Shown one piece after another: positions 51,506-62,273 of a stretch of 64,000 nt of DNA. The stretch is taken from contig OY829846.1 of assembly GCA_963691875.1 (NCBI GenBank), positions 1,920,001 through 1,984,000 of the forward strand. The letters run 5' to 3'. Every line of letters starts with the position of its first letter. Positions within the stretch are counted from its first letter, which is position 1. The stretch comes from Aureliella sp. GTDB taxonomy: Bacteria > Planctomycetota > Planctomycetia > Pirellulales > Pirellulaceae. The notes beneath the pieces were generated by a model. It had not been told where the DNA came from and searched no databases. It saw only the letters and a program-made list of their open reading frames with translations. A program made the translations under genes and the position numbers.

Positions 51506-51571
51506 ATCTCTCTTGAGGACCTACTATTCCGGAGCGTTGCCCTTCATCGCAACAAACAAGCCAGATCACCG

Positions 51572-53077
51572 TCAATCGGCACTCACCGGAATCTCGTTGA
51601 GGGTATAGTATGCCCGAGTGTGGAGCAAAGCCTCTCCATCGGCCGATCGTATATCCGGCAAATGAAAATCATGAACATGCCCTTGCACCAATCCTTCGAC
51701 CGCAATTTCCACTTGCAGCCCATCCGGCGATACCTCTGTGGCAGTGACTTTGGGAGTGGTGTGATCGACTTCGGGACTCCCGTATCCCTGCTGATAAACA
51801 TGCGTGTAAGTTTGCAGTTCGTAGCCAGCCGGATCTGAGGCGGACTCTGAATCAACCGGCTTAGTAAACCTGAGGGCAAAACCATTAGGCCGAGCCTTTA
51901 TCTCGTGGATTTCGAAGGGCGTGATTCCAGTCCAATCCAAACGTTGCAACGCGAATTCCTTTGGACCTCGTACAGGCCAGCCACGATTGGTGCCACCGAC
52001 GATCAGATCGCCTTTCGGCGTGAACTGACAAGCCAGCAACCCCGTCGCCAGTCCTTCGCGAAATGGATAACAAGCGCCTTGCCAGATCCCGTTCACTTTT
52101 TCGGTCGTAGCTCGCATCACCACACTCAGACTAAAGTCTGAAACAAAGATCTGATTCTCAAATGGCCCAAACTTGCCACCGCTACGATCCACGACGAAGC
52201 CGGAAATCGATCGCCCCATCTTGATGTAAGGAAAGACCACTGCGTAGGGCACCAGTTCTTTCACTCGCTTGCGTTCGGTCAGTAATCGGGAACGCGTGTT
52301 CGGTACGACTTCAGGTTTGTCCATGTTGTCCACTAAGTCATACCAGTTGAAGCTAACCGGATGCCCCATGAAACCTCCCTGCTCCAAGACTTTGAGACTG
52401 CAGGAACCGTTCCAAGGCCCTTGACTCTCCGCGTAAAACATCACGCCGTGCTCATTCGGTCCAATGCCACAAGGACTTCGAATACCGCTGCAAACTGGAA
52501 TCGATTCCCCCTCTGGCGTTACCTTCAAGCACCAGCCTCGAAACGGTGCATCGCTATGATAAGATTTGGAAAGACAAAGTGCGACCCAGATGTTTCCTTC
52601 AGGATCACGCTTCGAGCCAAAGGCAAACTCGTGGTAGTGCCGGAAGCCCCAAACATCACTCAGCGTATCGAATCGATCGGCGAGCCCGTCTCCATCGGTA
52701 TCGCTGACTTTGGACACCTCCGTTTGCTGAGTGATGTAGAACGCATCATCGTGAAAGGACATCCCAAGAACCTCGTCGAGTCCACTTGCGTAGCGACGAT
52801 AGGTGGGTCGAGGAAACTCATCAAAGGCGCCGTCGACGATAAAGATATCACCGCGTCGCGTTCCAATGGCAAGTTTCTCGTCCGGCAATACTTCGAAGCT
52901 GCCGGCTTCGAGTTTATGGTCGTCCGGAAGCGGAATATCGACGATGCGATAGTACTTCGACTCAGCTTCGCCCGTATCCCAGTATTCGCCCAATCTCTGA
53001 GCCAGAGAACTATTCGCAGCAATAGACGAAACAAATAAAACGCTGGCGAGAAGATGTATCTTAGAGTTCACAATCAT
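51572..53077 (-). CDS. Secreted beta-propeller protein (glucose/sorbosone dehydrogenase-like), cytochrome partner
   Basis: Signal peptide; GTRRGDIF, DTDGDGLAD, YHEFAFG, GIRSPCG, GPFENQIFV, GGTNRGW; ATGA overlap with the cytochrome gene. Confidence 0.8.
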   Translation of the reverse strand: MIVNSKIHLLASVLFVSSIAANSSLAQRLGEYWDTGEAESKYYRIVDIPLPDDHKLEAGSFEVLPDEKLAIGTRRGDIFIVDGAFDEFPRPTYRRYASGLDEVLGMSFHDDAFYITQQTEVSKVSDTDGDGLADRFDTLSDVWGFRHYHEFAFGSKRDPEGNIWVALCLSKSYHSDAPFRGWCLKVTPEGESIPVCSGIRSPCGIGPNEHGVMFYAESQGPWNGSCSLKVLEQGGFMGHPVSFNWYDLVDNMDKPEVVPNTRSRLLTERKRVKELVPYAVVFPYIKMGRSISGFVVDRSGGKFGPFENQIFVSDFSLSVVMRATTEKVNGIWQGACYPFREGLATGLLACQFTPKGDLIVGGTNRGWPVRGPKEFALQRLDWTGITPFEIHEIKARPNGFALRFTKPVDSESASDPAGYELQTYTHVYQQGYGSPEVDHTTPKVTATEVSPDGLQVEIAVEGLVQGHVHDFHLPDIRSADGEALLHTRAYYTLNEIPVSAD

Positions 53078-55959
53078 TCTCCTCGCAATCCATAGTCAAT
53101 TTCCACGCTCGTCTTTCCCGCTGGCAGGTCGAGCAATAACCAGACTTCCGCCAGTTTCTCATTCTCTTCTTTGACCTCGATCTGGGGATTACCGTCAGTC
53201 TCTACGGCAACGTTTCCGATCCAAACGGACTTGTTGCCATCCTTATCGATCGAGAGTTTCAGCGGACCGCCGCTGAGAAGCCGATAACGCAAGCCCTTAA
53301 CAGGCTCAGGCGTTTCAAAACGGACCGTTCGATGCAATGTCGCCTTCACTGACACGTCCGCAGCGTCACGATCTTCAAACTTGTCCTGGACTTGAATCTG
53401 CCCGAAGCGATAACGAAAAGTTGGTCTACCGCTCTTGTCGAGAGAATAGCCTAGGAATTGATGGTTAGATGGCCGACCATTATCGACTTTCCACGGTGCA
53501 TCAACGCGATCCAAATCCGGGCCTTTGGCAAGTACTTGTGGTCTCGCAAGCGGACGCACAGTACCGCTTCCCTGACCGCGCCATACGCCGCCTGGATCAG
53601 CGAACTCGCCAGCCCAAAACATCGCAACTCGCATCTGCTCTGCGTCATACGCGATGTTTGCCTGATTAGAATATCCGACGCCGATCCCACGCTTGCCGAT
53701 GTTTTGGTAGCTACGCCGGAGCATGACGGCACGGTCTTTTGCTGCCAGGAGCTTTATCGGCTCCATTCGGATTCCACGCGGCGTTCTAGCCTGTCTGCCG
53801 TCCTGTAGGTACTCCCAGATGGCCCCGATTTGCTGCTTGGTGTCGCCATCAAAGAACTGCTCTCTCATTGCCTTGCCGCCAGGCCAAAACGAAGGCATCA
53901 CCGTATTCGGGCTTAGCGACTGAGGTGCCATCATGTAGGCGTAGAACCACTCCGGTCGTAAGCGGTCACTCATTTCAGTCAGATCGACTGCTGGCATGGT
54001 CTGCGCCGGCTTTTCTTGAAAGGTGTGACAAGCGACGCAGTTCAGCCCTTGGCTCCCAATCATCTCAGTCGCTTGTTTCCGTGTTTCCTTTACGTCTGTG
54101 AAGTGAGCCATCTCGACTTCTGGTGGTGCGTCACATTTTCCAAGAAGTTCGACCAAGTGCCCCACGTTCTCTTCGCCATATTGAGGCATTCGCGTGTTCA
54201 TGTACGGACGAATGGCTTTTCCGTTGACAAGCACATCGCGAAGCCATTTCTGTTTGAGTTTCGCGCCCACTCCGGTCAAAGTGGGCGGCAATCTTCCTTG
54301 TGGTCCCAGGTTTTCATTCTCGGTATGGAAGTAGACGTCGTGTACGTCATCGACGCCCCCATACTCTTGACGGCGATGACAATTCAAGCAATTGAGAGCG
54401 GCGAAAGATGCAAGTGCTTGATCATCCTGTTTAAGTGGCTGTTGAGATTGCTCTAGAGCAGCGCGAATGCTCTTCAGCTGATCGCTGCGAAAACGGTAGC
54501 TGGGCCAATCTCCTTGAGTTTCGGAGAGACAACCAGCATACCAATCCTTTATCTCAACCGAAGCAAACACAGGATTCTGCTCCAGTGTCCCCTTCTCCGC
54601 CGAATCATGACAGCTACTGCAGCCGTACTTGGCAAAGAAGCGCTTACCCTTCATGGCCAATTTGGAATTCACGGTAAGTGCCTTGTGGCTCGTTGTCTCC
54701 GTGCCAATTAGATAGCAGGCTAGATCCACTGCCTCCCAGTGGTCGAGTCGCATGTTTGGCATACGACCTGCTGGGCGGGCAGAGTGGGGATTCTTCAAGA
54801 ATGCAACCAAACCAGCTGAGGTATACTTCTCCCCTGGGGTACCTAATGCAACGGATTGCTCCGCCAAAATCTCTTCGTTTTTCTCGTTGCGTGGAGAATG
54901 GCAAGCCACACATCCAACGTGATGAAAGAGCCGTTCTCCGCGTTTCTTTGCCGCCGCAAAGTCGGAGTCTTGCGGGGTAACACTCTTTGCAGCTTGCCCA
55001 GCAGAATTGTCTTGCGATCCAGTCTGCTCTTCTCCTATCGGCTGGTCTTGCGACCACAAGTAGTGCAGAATCGCCTCAGATACTTGTTGTTGCTCTTCTT
55101 TCGAAAGTCCTGACAGCATCACAGGCATGCTCGTCTCAGGCTTCTTTCCGTGTGGATCTGCGATGAATGCATTCACAAAGTCGGGCGCTGCGCGAGTCGC
55201 TATAGCCCGTAGATTCGGACCACGTTTGGTTGGTGCACCAAACGTAATTCCTGCAGATGCCTTTAGTTGATCGTGGCAATTCGCACAGGCAAAGTGATCA
55301 ATCCAAGCCAACCCCGCAATGCGGTCCGGAAGTGCTACGCTCATTCCTGTTGAGGCGCTGTTCGCAGAAGAGGAAGAGCCGTTCAAATTACGAAGGTACT
55401 GCACGAGATCAAGGAAAGCCTGACGGTCTTCCAATTGGTCAACAAGATCTGCGGGCATCGCCGAGATCTTGTCCTGTCGCATCTGCGCGATTTCACTGCG
55501 CAAAACCTCAACGAGACGATTGGCCTCATTCGATTCTCGGATGACAATACGCTCGTCATCCTTCTCCACGACTCGTCCTTTGAGGATCTGGTCGTCCTCG
55601 GTTAGGATCGTGGAAGACTCATAGCCCTCACGGATGACTTTGGAAGGGTAAAGTAGTGCCTCAATCAAATGCAACTCGAGAGATTTTCCCGCTGCGATCT
55701 TCAGTTGCGTCAGATCTGGGCCGACTCGATCTCTTTGGCCCTGAGCGTGGCATGTCGCGCAGTTCAACGACTTTTGCGAAAACAGAATGGCTCCACGTAC
55801 TGCATCGCCTTTCGCAATCACAGCTTTGGCCAGATTTTCGGCATCCGCTTTCTGAAGCTCGCGCAGCAGAGATGGCTTTTGTTCTTGCGCGAAGACTTGC
55901 GAGTGGAAAAAGATGAGGGACAAAGCGAATGCGATAATCGCCAAATTTGGTTTTGTCAT
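53074..55959 (-). CDS. Large multi-domain c-type cytochrome (six CxxCH)
   Basis: Signal peptide from MTKPNL; CATCH, CANCH, CVACH, CSSCH, CLNCH, CVACH, most followed by MP distal-ligand motifs; first domain GD..RG..LF..CxxCH..GPDL. Confidence 0.9.
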   Translation of the reverse strand: MTKPNLAIIAFALSLIFFHSQVFAQEQKPSLLRELQKADAENLAKAVIAKGDAVRGAILFSQKSLNCATCHAQGQRDRVGPDLTQLKIAAGKSLELHLIEALLYPSKVIREGYESSTILTEDDQILKGRVVEKDDERIVIRESNEANRLVEVLRSEIAQMRQDKISAMPADLVDQLEDRQAFLDLVQYLRNLNGSSSSANSASTGMSVALPDRIAGLAWIDHFACANCHDQLKASAGITFGAPTKRGPNLRAIATRAAPDFVNAFIADPHGKKPETSMPVMLSGLSKEEQQQVSEAILHYLWSQDQPIGEEQTGSQDNSAGQAAKSVTPQDSDFAAAKKRGERLFHHVGCVACHSPRNEKNEEILAEQSVALGTPGEKYTSAGLVAFLKNPHSARPAGRMPNMRLDHWEAVDLACYLIGTETTSHKALTVNSKLAMKGKRFFAKYGCSSCHDSAEKGTLEQNPVFASVEIKDWYAGCLSETQGDWPSYRFRSDQLKSIRAALEQSQQPLKQDDQALASFAALNCLNCHRRQEYGGVDDVHDVYFHTENENLGPQGRLPPTLTGVGAKLKQKWLRDVLVNGKAIRPYMNTRMPQYGEENVGHLVELLGKCDAPPEVEMAHFTDVKETRKQATEMIGSQGLNCVACHTFQEKPAQTMPAVDLTEMSDRLRPEWFYAYMMAPQSLSPNTVMPSFWPGGKAMREQFFDGDTKQQIGAIWEYLQDGRQARTPRGIRMEPIKLLAAKDRAVMLRRSYQNIGKRGIGVGYSNQANIAYDAEQMRVAMFWAGEFADPGGVWRGQGSGTVRPLARPQVLAKGPDLDRVDAPWKVDNGRPSNHQFLGYSLDKSGRPTFRYRFGQIQVQDKFEDRDAADVSVKATLHRTVRFETPEPVKGLRYRLLSGGPLKLSIDKDGNKSVWIGNVAVETDGNPQIEVKEENEKLAEVWLLLDLPAGKTSVEIDYGLRGE

Positions 55960-56025
55960 AGAGTTGTAGGTTCTGCGAGTGCTTGTTTGCCAGCTACGTA
56001 ACATTTTAGCCCAAACCTCGAACTC

Positions 56026-56049
56026 GTAGTGGACTTCACCGGAAGTCCA
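56026..56049 (+). repeat. GTAG-type REP-like palindrome
   Basis: GTAG + TGGACTTC-ACCG-GAAGTCCA perfect 8-bp stem. Confidence 0.6.
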
Positions 56050-56267
56050 TGAAGAGTCGCACCTTCTACACTGAGCTTGCCAACAATCTTGCGTTTTGTA
56101 GGCCGCCAATAGGCGAAGCGATGTTACGACAACCACAGAAATCTGCGACCGGCAAATTGGAAACTCTTCCAAAGCAAGACGGCGTCTACAGCTGTGGTCC
56201 TTAAACGATTGGGCTGGGCGTTGTGTAACAGACTTAACCTCTAACTAGTCTCTCAACAGCTGAAACA

Positions 56268-57545
56268 CTAACGCTGTCGGACCTCTGCCGGCAAAGCAAG
56301 ATATTCATTCACTTTCTGGGGCAAGTCGACCAAAGCGGTCTTGCCAGCCATGACGATCAGCAGAACCAATCCGATAGCTCCTATAACAATCGTTCCAAGT
56401 CCATTGACCGCGTCGCCCATGACTTCACGAGAACTCGTCAGCCACAGTAGTGCTCCCGCAACCAACGGCGATACGACAACCGTCAACGCCTGAGCGACGA
56501 TCAAGGTCGGAGCCGGCTCAAAGTCCAGTAGCAATACGGCCAGCCCAACCAACATACCGATCAGAAGTGCCGAAGCGGTTAGTAACTTGGGGGCAAGAGC
56601 GTCAGGACAACTCTCCAACCCAAGTCCATCTGCAGCAAGAAAACCTCCGATCATAGAATTGATCAGAAAAGATGAATAAGCGGCACTGAACAAGCCAACA
56701 CAGAAAATCAACTTCGCTGAGCCGCCAAACGTCACTTCTAGAGTTGTCGCAACTTCAACAGGATTCTCCAGCTCCACTGGCTCACCGGTGTACAAGCCTG
56801 CCGCCGCGGTGGACATGAGCATTACGGTAATGGCGAACGTGATGCCAATGCCAATACGAGCGTCGAGCAAACCGGCCGACAAGTCTTCTTTGGTCCAACC
56901 TTTCTGCCTTACGAGATAAGCCTGATAGAAAGCGGCAGCCACAACAAAAGTCGTCCCTACTAAACCAAGCACCGGAAGAATTTCGCCAGATTTGCCCAGG
57001 GACGGCACAAAGCCACCGAGCATCGCATCGGGATCGGGACTCAGGAAAAAAAAGTTGACTACAAAGCAAACGAGCATGACGCCAACGAACGTCGCCATGA
57101 CTCTTTCCAGCATTTTATAGACGTCACGAAACAAGAACAGAAAACTGATCGCCAAACAATTGAAAGCGACAAGCAGAAACACCATGAGGGTCTTAGACTC
57201 CACGAAAGCTTCAAAAGCAGCCGCAGCGCCAATGTTGTTGCCAGACTGGAACCCTGCAGCTATGCAGAAGACGGCAAGCCCCACGCAAACGGATAACCAT
57301 TTACCGACTCGCCTTCGCAGCAGCTCACAAGGAGAGTGTTCCGCAGCGACGCCCAGCTTGGCTCCAAGTGTTGTGAACAGGACCATGAAGGCGACAGCCA
57401 CCGCTACCACCCACAGCATCGAGTAGCCGTCATTAGCCCCCACACTGGTGCTCGTCATAATGCTGCCTGGCCCGATCACCACGCATGCCGTGATCAGTCC
57501 TGGCCCCAATCGGCGGTACCAGGGTTTTCCGTTAGTCGATGGCAT
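56268..57545 (-). CDS. NRAMP-related divalent metal transporter
   Basis: GPGLITACVVIGPGSIMT, FQSGNNIG, LGLVGTT, GLFSAAYSS; about 11 TM helices. Confidence 0.88.
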   Translation of the reverse strand: MPSTNGKPWYRRLGPGLITACVVIGPGSIMTSTSVGANDGYSMLWVVAVAVAFMVLFTTLGAKLGVAAEHSPCELLRRRVGKWLSVCVGLAVFCIAAGFQSGNNIGAAAAFEAFVESKTLMVFLLVAFNCLAISFLFLFRDVYKMLERVMATFVGVMLVCFVVNFFFLSPDPDAMLGGFVPSLGKSGEILPVLGLVGTTFVVAAAFYQAYLVRQKGWTKEDLSAGLLDARIGIGITFAITVMLMSTAAAGLYTGEPVELENPVEVATTLEVTFGGSAKLIFCVGLFSAAYSSFLINSMIGGFLAADGLGLESCPDALAPKLLTASALLIGMLVGLAVLLLDFEPAPTLIVAQALTVVVSPLVAGALLWLTSSREVMGDAVNGLGTIVIGAIGLVLLIVMAGKTALVDLPQKVNEYLALPAEVRQR

Positions 57546-57870
57546 ATGCTCACTCTACCTCGTCACTACGGTATCCATATGACCTACATCGCGTCGTCGT
57601 AGGCCGCCAACAAGCGAAACACTATTACGGCAAATTTATAACGAATCTAACGCCTACGTGTATGGGGCCTGACTTGCCAGTGCAAATCGTTATCAGCATG
57701 TATTTACCTGCACGCGCGCGGCCCGCTAAGTGGATGCATATTGACCAAGAGTTGTCCTGAAACCGGAAACCACTCTCCAATAACGCGCAAGCTGCTCACT
57801 TACAGGAACACACCGACAAGTTAGTGCCACGCAAGACCGGCAAAACAAGTCAGCGACGCACACCAACGCA

Positions 57871-60800
57871 CTACTTTTGCGCCGCCTCCTCTCGTATCGC
57901 AAACAAATGACTCCCCCCGCGGATATACATCACTCCATCACTTATCGCTGGCGTTGCATGCAGGCTCTCACCAATTGGATTCTCCGCGACTAGCTCAAAC
58001 TTTGGGCCAGCCTTGATTACTAGTGTGATCCCTTCTTCCGATGGCAAATAAATATGTCCATCGGCAGCAAGCAGGGCAGCGATGAAACTGGTCGCTTCGG
58101 AGGTTGCGACACGGCGCCGATAAATCCGCTTGCCAGTCTTCGCGTCCAGGCATTCCAGAACACCCGCGGAATTGCAGGTGTAGAAGTAATCGCCGTAAAC
58201 GACTGGCGTTGTCATGTACGATCCGCTGCGTCTATTCTGCCAAGCCATCGAAGGACTCGAGCGCGAGCCGATCTGATCTGAGATATCGCCCTTGGCCGTA
58301 GGACGAATCGCGTAAATCGGGCGAACCGGACGATAACCGCTGACGACATAAATCAATCCGTGTGCGGCAAAGGGTGTCGGTACAGCGATTTCTGAGTTCT
58401 TTCCGATCCGCCAAATCTCCTCTCCCGTTTCAGGATTATAGGCTCGAGCGTAATTCGTTGCGTTAGTAACGAGTTGCGGCCCGACTTCAGTCTCGACAAC
58501 TATAGGCGTGGACCAGGATGGAATCTCCTCACGTTCACGACGCCAAACTTCGTCCCCCGTGGCGACATCGAAAGACGCCAGAAAGGAGCCTTCCTGAATG
58601 TCGCATTGCACGATGACCTTACCGTTGTAGATGATCGGCGACGCCGCAAAGCCCCATTGATAGCTCGCATCAAAGAACCAACCGCTATCGAGCATTCCAA
58701 AGTCTTTATTCCAAACCAGTTCGCCGCCAACTGTGTAGCAGTAGAGCCCTTCGCTGCCAAAAAATGTAACAACGTACTTGCCGTCGGTCGCCGGAGTCGG
58801 ATTGGCGTGGGTACTCTTGAGGTGACGCTTCACCTTGGGCGAGGCAGTATTGGCAACTTGCTTCCAAAGTAGCTCACCGTTCTTTTTATTGTAACAGTGC
58901 AGCTCGAATCGATGCTCCGAGTTATCTTCCACCGAATCCACATCGCCATACAATCCAGTACGTAAGCCAGCTTGATCTCCTGAACTGATTGCCGTGGTCA
59001 GGAACAGCTTGTCCCCCACAATCACCGGGCAGGAATGCGCGAGACCTTCGACTGGAGTCTTCCACAATACATTTTTCTTTTCCGGCACATTCCATCGCAC
59101 CGGTGGATTCTGACCTTCGGCCACGCCACGAGCACCGTTGCCTCGAAACTGCATCCAATCCGAAGAAGAAATTTCCAAGTCAGCGGCAAGGGATTCAGCG
59201 GAACCATAGCTCAGCCCCGGCGCATCAAAGCGGCGAAATCTTGAGCGAGTCTCGCCGTCAACGGTAACGAGTAGCTCCTTGACTTGTTCATCCTGGAGCA
59301 CAAAGCGGAAGGTCGAGTCGCCGAACTCAAACTCATGCTCCGACTTCGGTTTCAGTGTTGCATCACTATCATCTCGTTGAAGTGAGAGATTGTTTAAGTC
59401 GACGACGACAGAAGCGATCTCCAGGCCTGATGTATCCTGCGACTCTCGTGCCGCTGCAAACTGGTCTTTGAAGTCTTGTTGTTTCTCAAGATCGGCTGGC
59501 AGCAAGGCGTAGCGACCAACGTAGGCTTCTAAATCGCGCGCGTCGGGTGTCCAACTCTTTGTTTCAGGAGTTGGTATTTCCCCCGGATCCTTTGGCTCGG
59601 GCCCCGGCACATCGGCAAAGAGCTCCGCCAACTTCGGTTCCGACGCAACCTGCGGCATCGCCTTGACGCGCTGCAGAGTGGGAAGCTCCGGACGATGATT
59701 CTTCAGAATCCACTCCACTGACTCAGCATCGTTGCTCATTGCAGCCAGCATGAGTGCAGTCGCTGAGTCAGGATTGCCGAACTTCAGTAGTACCAACGCA
59801 CAACCCGTGTGTTGCTTCATCGCCGCCCAGGACATGGCTGTCGCGGAGTAGAACGTGTCCTTGGCGTTCGGGTTGGCTCCGCGGTCCAAGAGCAACTTGA
59901 CGACTTCTACTTGTCCACGCGAGCAAGCGAACATCAGGGCGTTTGCACCGTAAGCATTCGCCGTGTTCACATCAAGGCCCGCATCGAGCAATTCGTTGAC
60001 GACCGCAATGTTGCCTTCGCGGGCCGCCTTGAACAGTCGCTTGGCTTCCTCTGACGCAACACTGGCGAGCGGTGCAAGGTCGCCCGAGCCAGTCTGCCGA
60101 GGGATAGCGAAGGCGATGATCGAGTCAGCAGGCTTAGTTCGAAGTTTACCGCCGCCTGAGGCAGGAATCACGACGTATTGTTGCCCATCTACCATGTAGG
60201 TCGATGGCGTGGCATAGCCTCCGGCTGGCAACTTTGCTTCCCAAAGCAGCTCGCCGGTCGTCTTGTCAAAGGCATGCAACTTCTCGTCTCGTGTCCCCCC
60301 AATAAAGACCAAGCCCCCTGCGGTGACAATCGTGCCTCCAAAGTTCTCCGTGCCAGTTTGTGGAATCCCACGCTTGGTCAACTCGGGGTATTCGCCCAGT
60401 GTCGATTGCCACAAAATCTCGCCCTTATTCAGGTCAATCGCACTTAACTGTCCCCATGGCGGCTTGACGGCCGGATAGCCTTCATGGTCCACGAACTTGT
60501 TATATCCCGTGATGCGATACGGAGTTGGCGAACCTTCAGGCTGTTCGACCAACGAAACGATATTGGGCTGGTTATTTGAGTTAACATACAGAATGCCCGA
60601 CTCAGGATCAAAGGAAGCGCCGGACCAAGTGGCCCCGCCATGAAACCCGGGCGACACAATCGTTCCCTTCAGCGAAGGCGGTGTGAATTGCGGGCCACCT
60701 TGAAGTGCATCGAACTGTTTCAGTGCACTCGCTTGGTTCTCAGGAGCGATGTTCGTCACATCTTCGCGTGTGATTCCAACTCGACTGAAAGGCGGCGGCT

Positions 60801-61974
60801 TTACAGGAACTGGTTGAGTAGGCCAAGCTTGCTCACCGGCAACATTGGAAGCCGGAGCAGGCTGCTCTCTCACTTCAAACAGCGGTTTTCCCTTCTCGCG
60901 GTCGAACAAGAAAACGTAGCCGGTTTTCGTCACCTGAGCTACCGCATCGATTTCTTTGCCATCGTGCGTGACACGCACCAAGTTAGGATACGTCGGAATA
61001 TCGTGATCCCAAAGATCATGGTGCAAAGTTTGGAAATGCCACTTACGCTTGCCAGTCTTGCCGTCCAAGGCGATCGTGCAATTCGCAAACAAGTTTTCTC
61101 CACCCCTGTCGCCACCATAAAAGTCAAATGCTGCGGAACCGAGCCCAGCAAAGACCAAGCCGCGTTCGGTGTCGACACTGTAGCCACCCCAAGCATTGGC
61201 GGCGCCACGATTCTTCCAAGATTCTTCTGCCCAGGTGTCGTTGCCGAACTCACCGGGACGAGGAACGGTGTGGAAACGCCAGACTTGTTTTCCTGTTCGC
61301 ACGTCGAAAGCGCGAATGTCACCTGGAGCAGCAGGACCGGGGCCTTCGCCACAGGAAAACCCCATGATGACGATATCATCGAGAATCGCTGGAGCTGATG
61401 TCGGTCCGTAGCCCATCCGCGAAAAATCGCCGTCGAGATCCTCGCGCAAGTCCTTTACGCCGCCGACGCCAAACTTCGCATCGAGCTGGCCAGTCTTCGC
61501 GTCAAGCGAGAACAATTGTCCATTTGATGTGCCATGCAAGATGCGCCGCTGACCACCGTCAATTCCATCACTCCAATAGGCCACACCTCGATTGACACCG
61601 CCAGAGGCAAGCGGCGATTTCGGCGGTCCCTTCGCAAAGGGATCAAAGCTCCAGATCTCTTCGCCAGTCGCCGCGTTCAATGCGAAGACTTTGAGTTTGC
61701 CCGAGGTAATGTACATCACGCCATCTACGACGATCGGCGTGCACTCCATGATCTTGGCTTTGCCTTCTGCCAGTTCGCCTGTTTTGAATTCCCAGGCGAC
61801 GGCCAATCGCTTGATGTTGTCTCGATTGATGCCGGTCAATTCGGAGTATCGCATCCCGCCACGATCGCCGCCGACGGCGATCCAGTTTTCGTCCTGAGCA
61901 TAGCCTGCCTGAGTAGGTAAATAAGCACAGCAAATTGACGCGAATAGAATCAGACGCGTTGCCAGAGAACTCAT
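57871..61974 (-). CDS. Fusion: PQQ-dependent glucose/quinate-type dehydrogenase + ankyrin repeats + small beta domain + BamB-like PQQ propeller
   Basis: RYSEL..IN..N, ECTPIVVDG, NRGVAYW, HHDLWDHD, KPPWG, GTENFGG, GYATP; LFKAAREG...ALMFACSRG...GANPNAKD; DWMQFRG, HSCPVIVG, ANPTPATDG. Confidence 0.9.
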   Translation of the reverse strand: MSSLATRLILFASICCAYLPTQAGYAQDENWIAVGGDRGGMRYSELTGINRDNIKRLAVAWEFKTGELAEGKAKIMECTPIVVDGVMYITSGKLKVFALNAATGEEIWSFDPFAKGPPKSPLASGGVNRGVAYWSDGIDGGQRRILHGTSNGQLFSLDAKTGQLDAKFGVGGVKDLREDLDGDFSRMGYGPTSAPAILDDIVIMGFSCGEGPGPAAPGDIRAFDVRTGKQVWRFHTVPRPGEFGNDTWAEESWKNRGAANAWGGYSVDTERGLVFAGLGSAAFDFYGGDRGGENLFANCTIALDGKTGKRKWHFQTLHHDLWDHDIPTYPNLVRVTHDGKEIDAVAQVTKTGYVFLFDREKGKPLFEVREQPAPASNVAGEQAWPTQPVPVKPPPFSRVGITREDVTNIAPENQASALKQFDALQGGPQFTPPSLKGTIVSPGFHGGATWSGASFDPESGILYVNSNNQPNIVSLVEQPEGSPTPYRITGYNKFVDHEGYPAVKPPWGQLSAIDLNKGEILWQSTLGEYPELTKRGIPQTGTENFGGTIVTAGGLVFIGGTRDEKLHAFDKTTGELLWEAKLPAGGYATPSTYMVDGQQYVVIPASGGGKLRTKPADSIIAFAIPRQTGSGDLAPLASVASEEAKRLFKAAREGNIAVVNELLDAGLDVNTANAYGANALMFACSRGQVEVVKLLLDRGANPNAKDTFYSATAMSWAAMKQHTGCALVLLKFGNPDSATALMLAAMSNDAESVEWILKNHRPELPTLQRVKAMPQVASEPKLAELFADVPGPEPKDPGEIPTPETKSWTPDARDLEAYVGRYALLPADLEKQQDFKDQFAAARESQDTSGLEIASVVVDLNNLSLQRDDSDATLKPKSEHEFEFGDSTFRFVLQDEQVKELLVTVDGETRSRFRRFDAPGLSYGSAESLAADLEISSSDWMQFRGNGARGVAEGQNPPVRWNVPEKKNVLWKTPVEGLAHSCPVIVGDKLFLTTAISSGDQAGLRTGLYGDVDSVEDNSEHRFELHCYNKKNGELLWKQVANTASPKVKRHLKSTHANPTPATDGKYVVTFFGSEGLYCYTVGGELVWNKDFGMLDSGWFFDASYQWGFAASPIIYNGKVIVQCDIQEGSFLASFDVATGDEVWRREREEIPSWSTPIVVETEVGPQLVTNATNYARAYNPETGEEIWRIGKNSEIAVPTPFAAHGLIYVVSGYRPVRPIYAIRPTAKGDISDQIGSRSSPSMAWQNRRSGSYMTTPVVYGDYFYTCNSAGVLECLDAKTGKRIYRRRVATSEATSFIAALLAADGHIYLPSEEGITLVIKAGPKFELVAENPIGESLHATPAISDGVMYIRGGSHLFAIREEAAQK

Positions 61975-62273
61975 GAAGTCGATCCAAAAGGGAACGTAAA
62001 GGCGACCAAAAGAACTAGTCGCCAGTTTATCAGAGACCGCTCACGAACGTAGAGCCCACGCAGAGCGCGGCGTTGTACGCCCAGCTGCAGGCCGCGACCT
62101 ACTTGCGAGTGCCGAGGCCGTAGAAGGAAGACGGCTCGCCTGAGTCACCGGCTGTTTGGTCGTCGATTCGACCGCAAGTACGAACGTGAACAAGATAATT
62201 CGAGGAACAACTCTCGAACGCAAACGCAATTAGGAAGTCTGACAAAGCCCACTACACTAATGCATTCCGCTTG

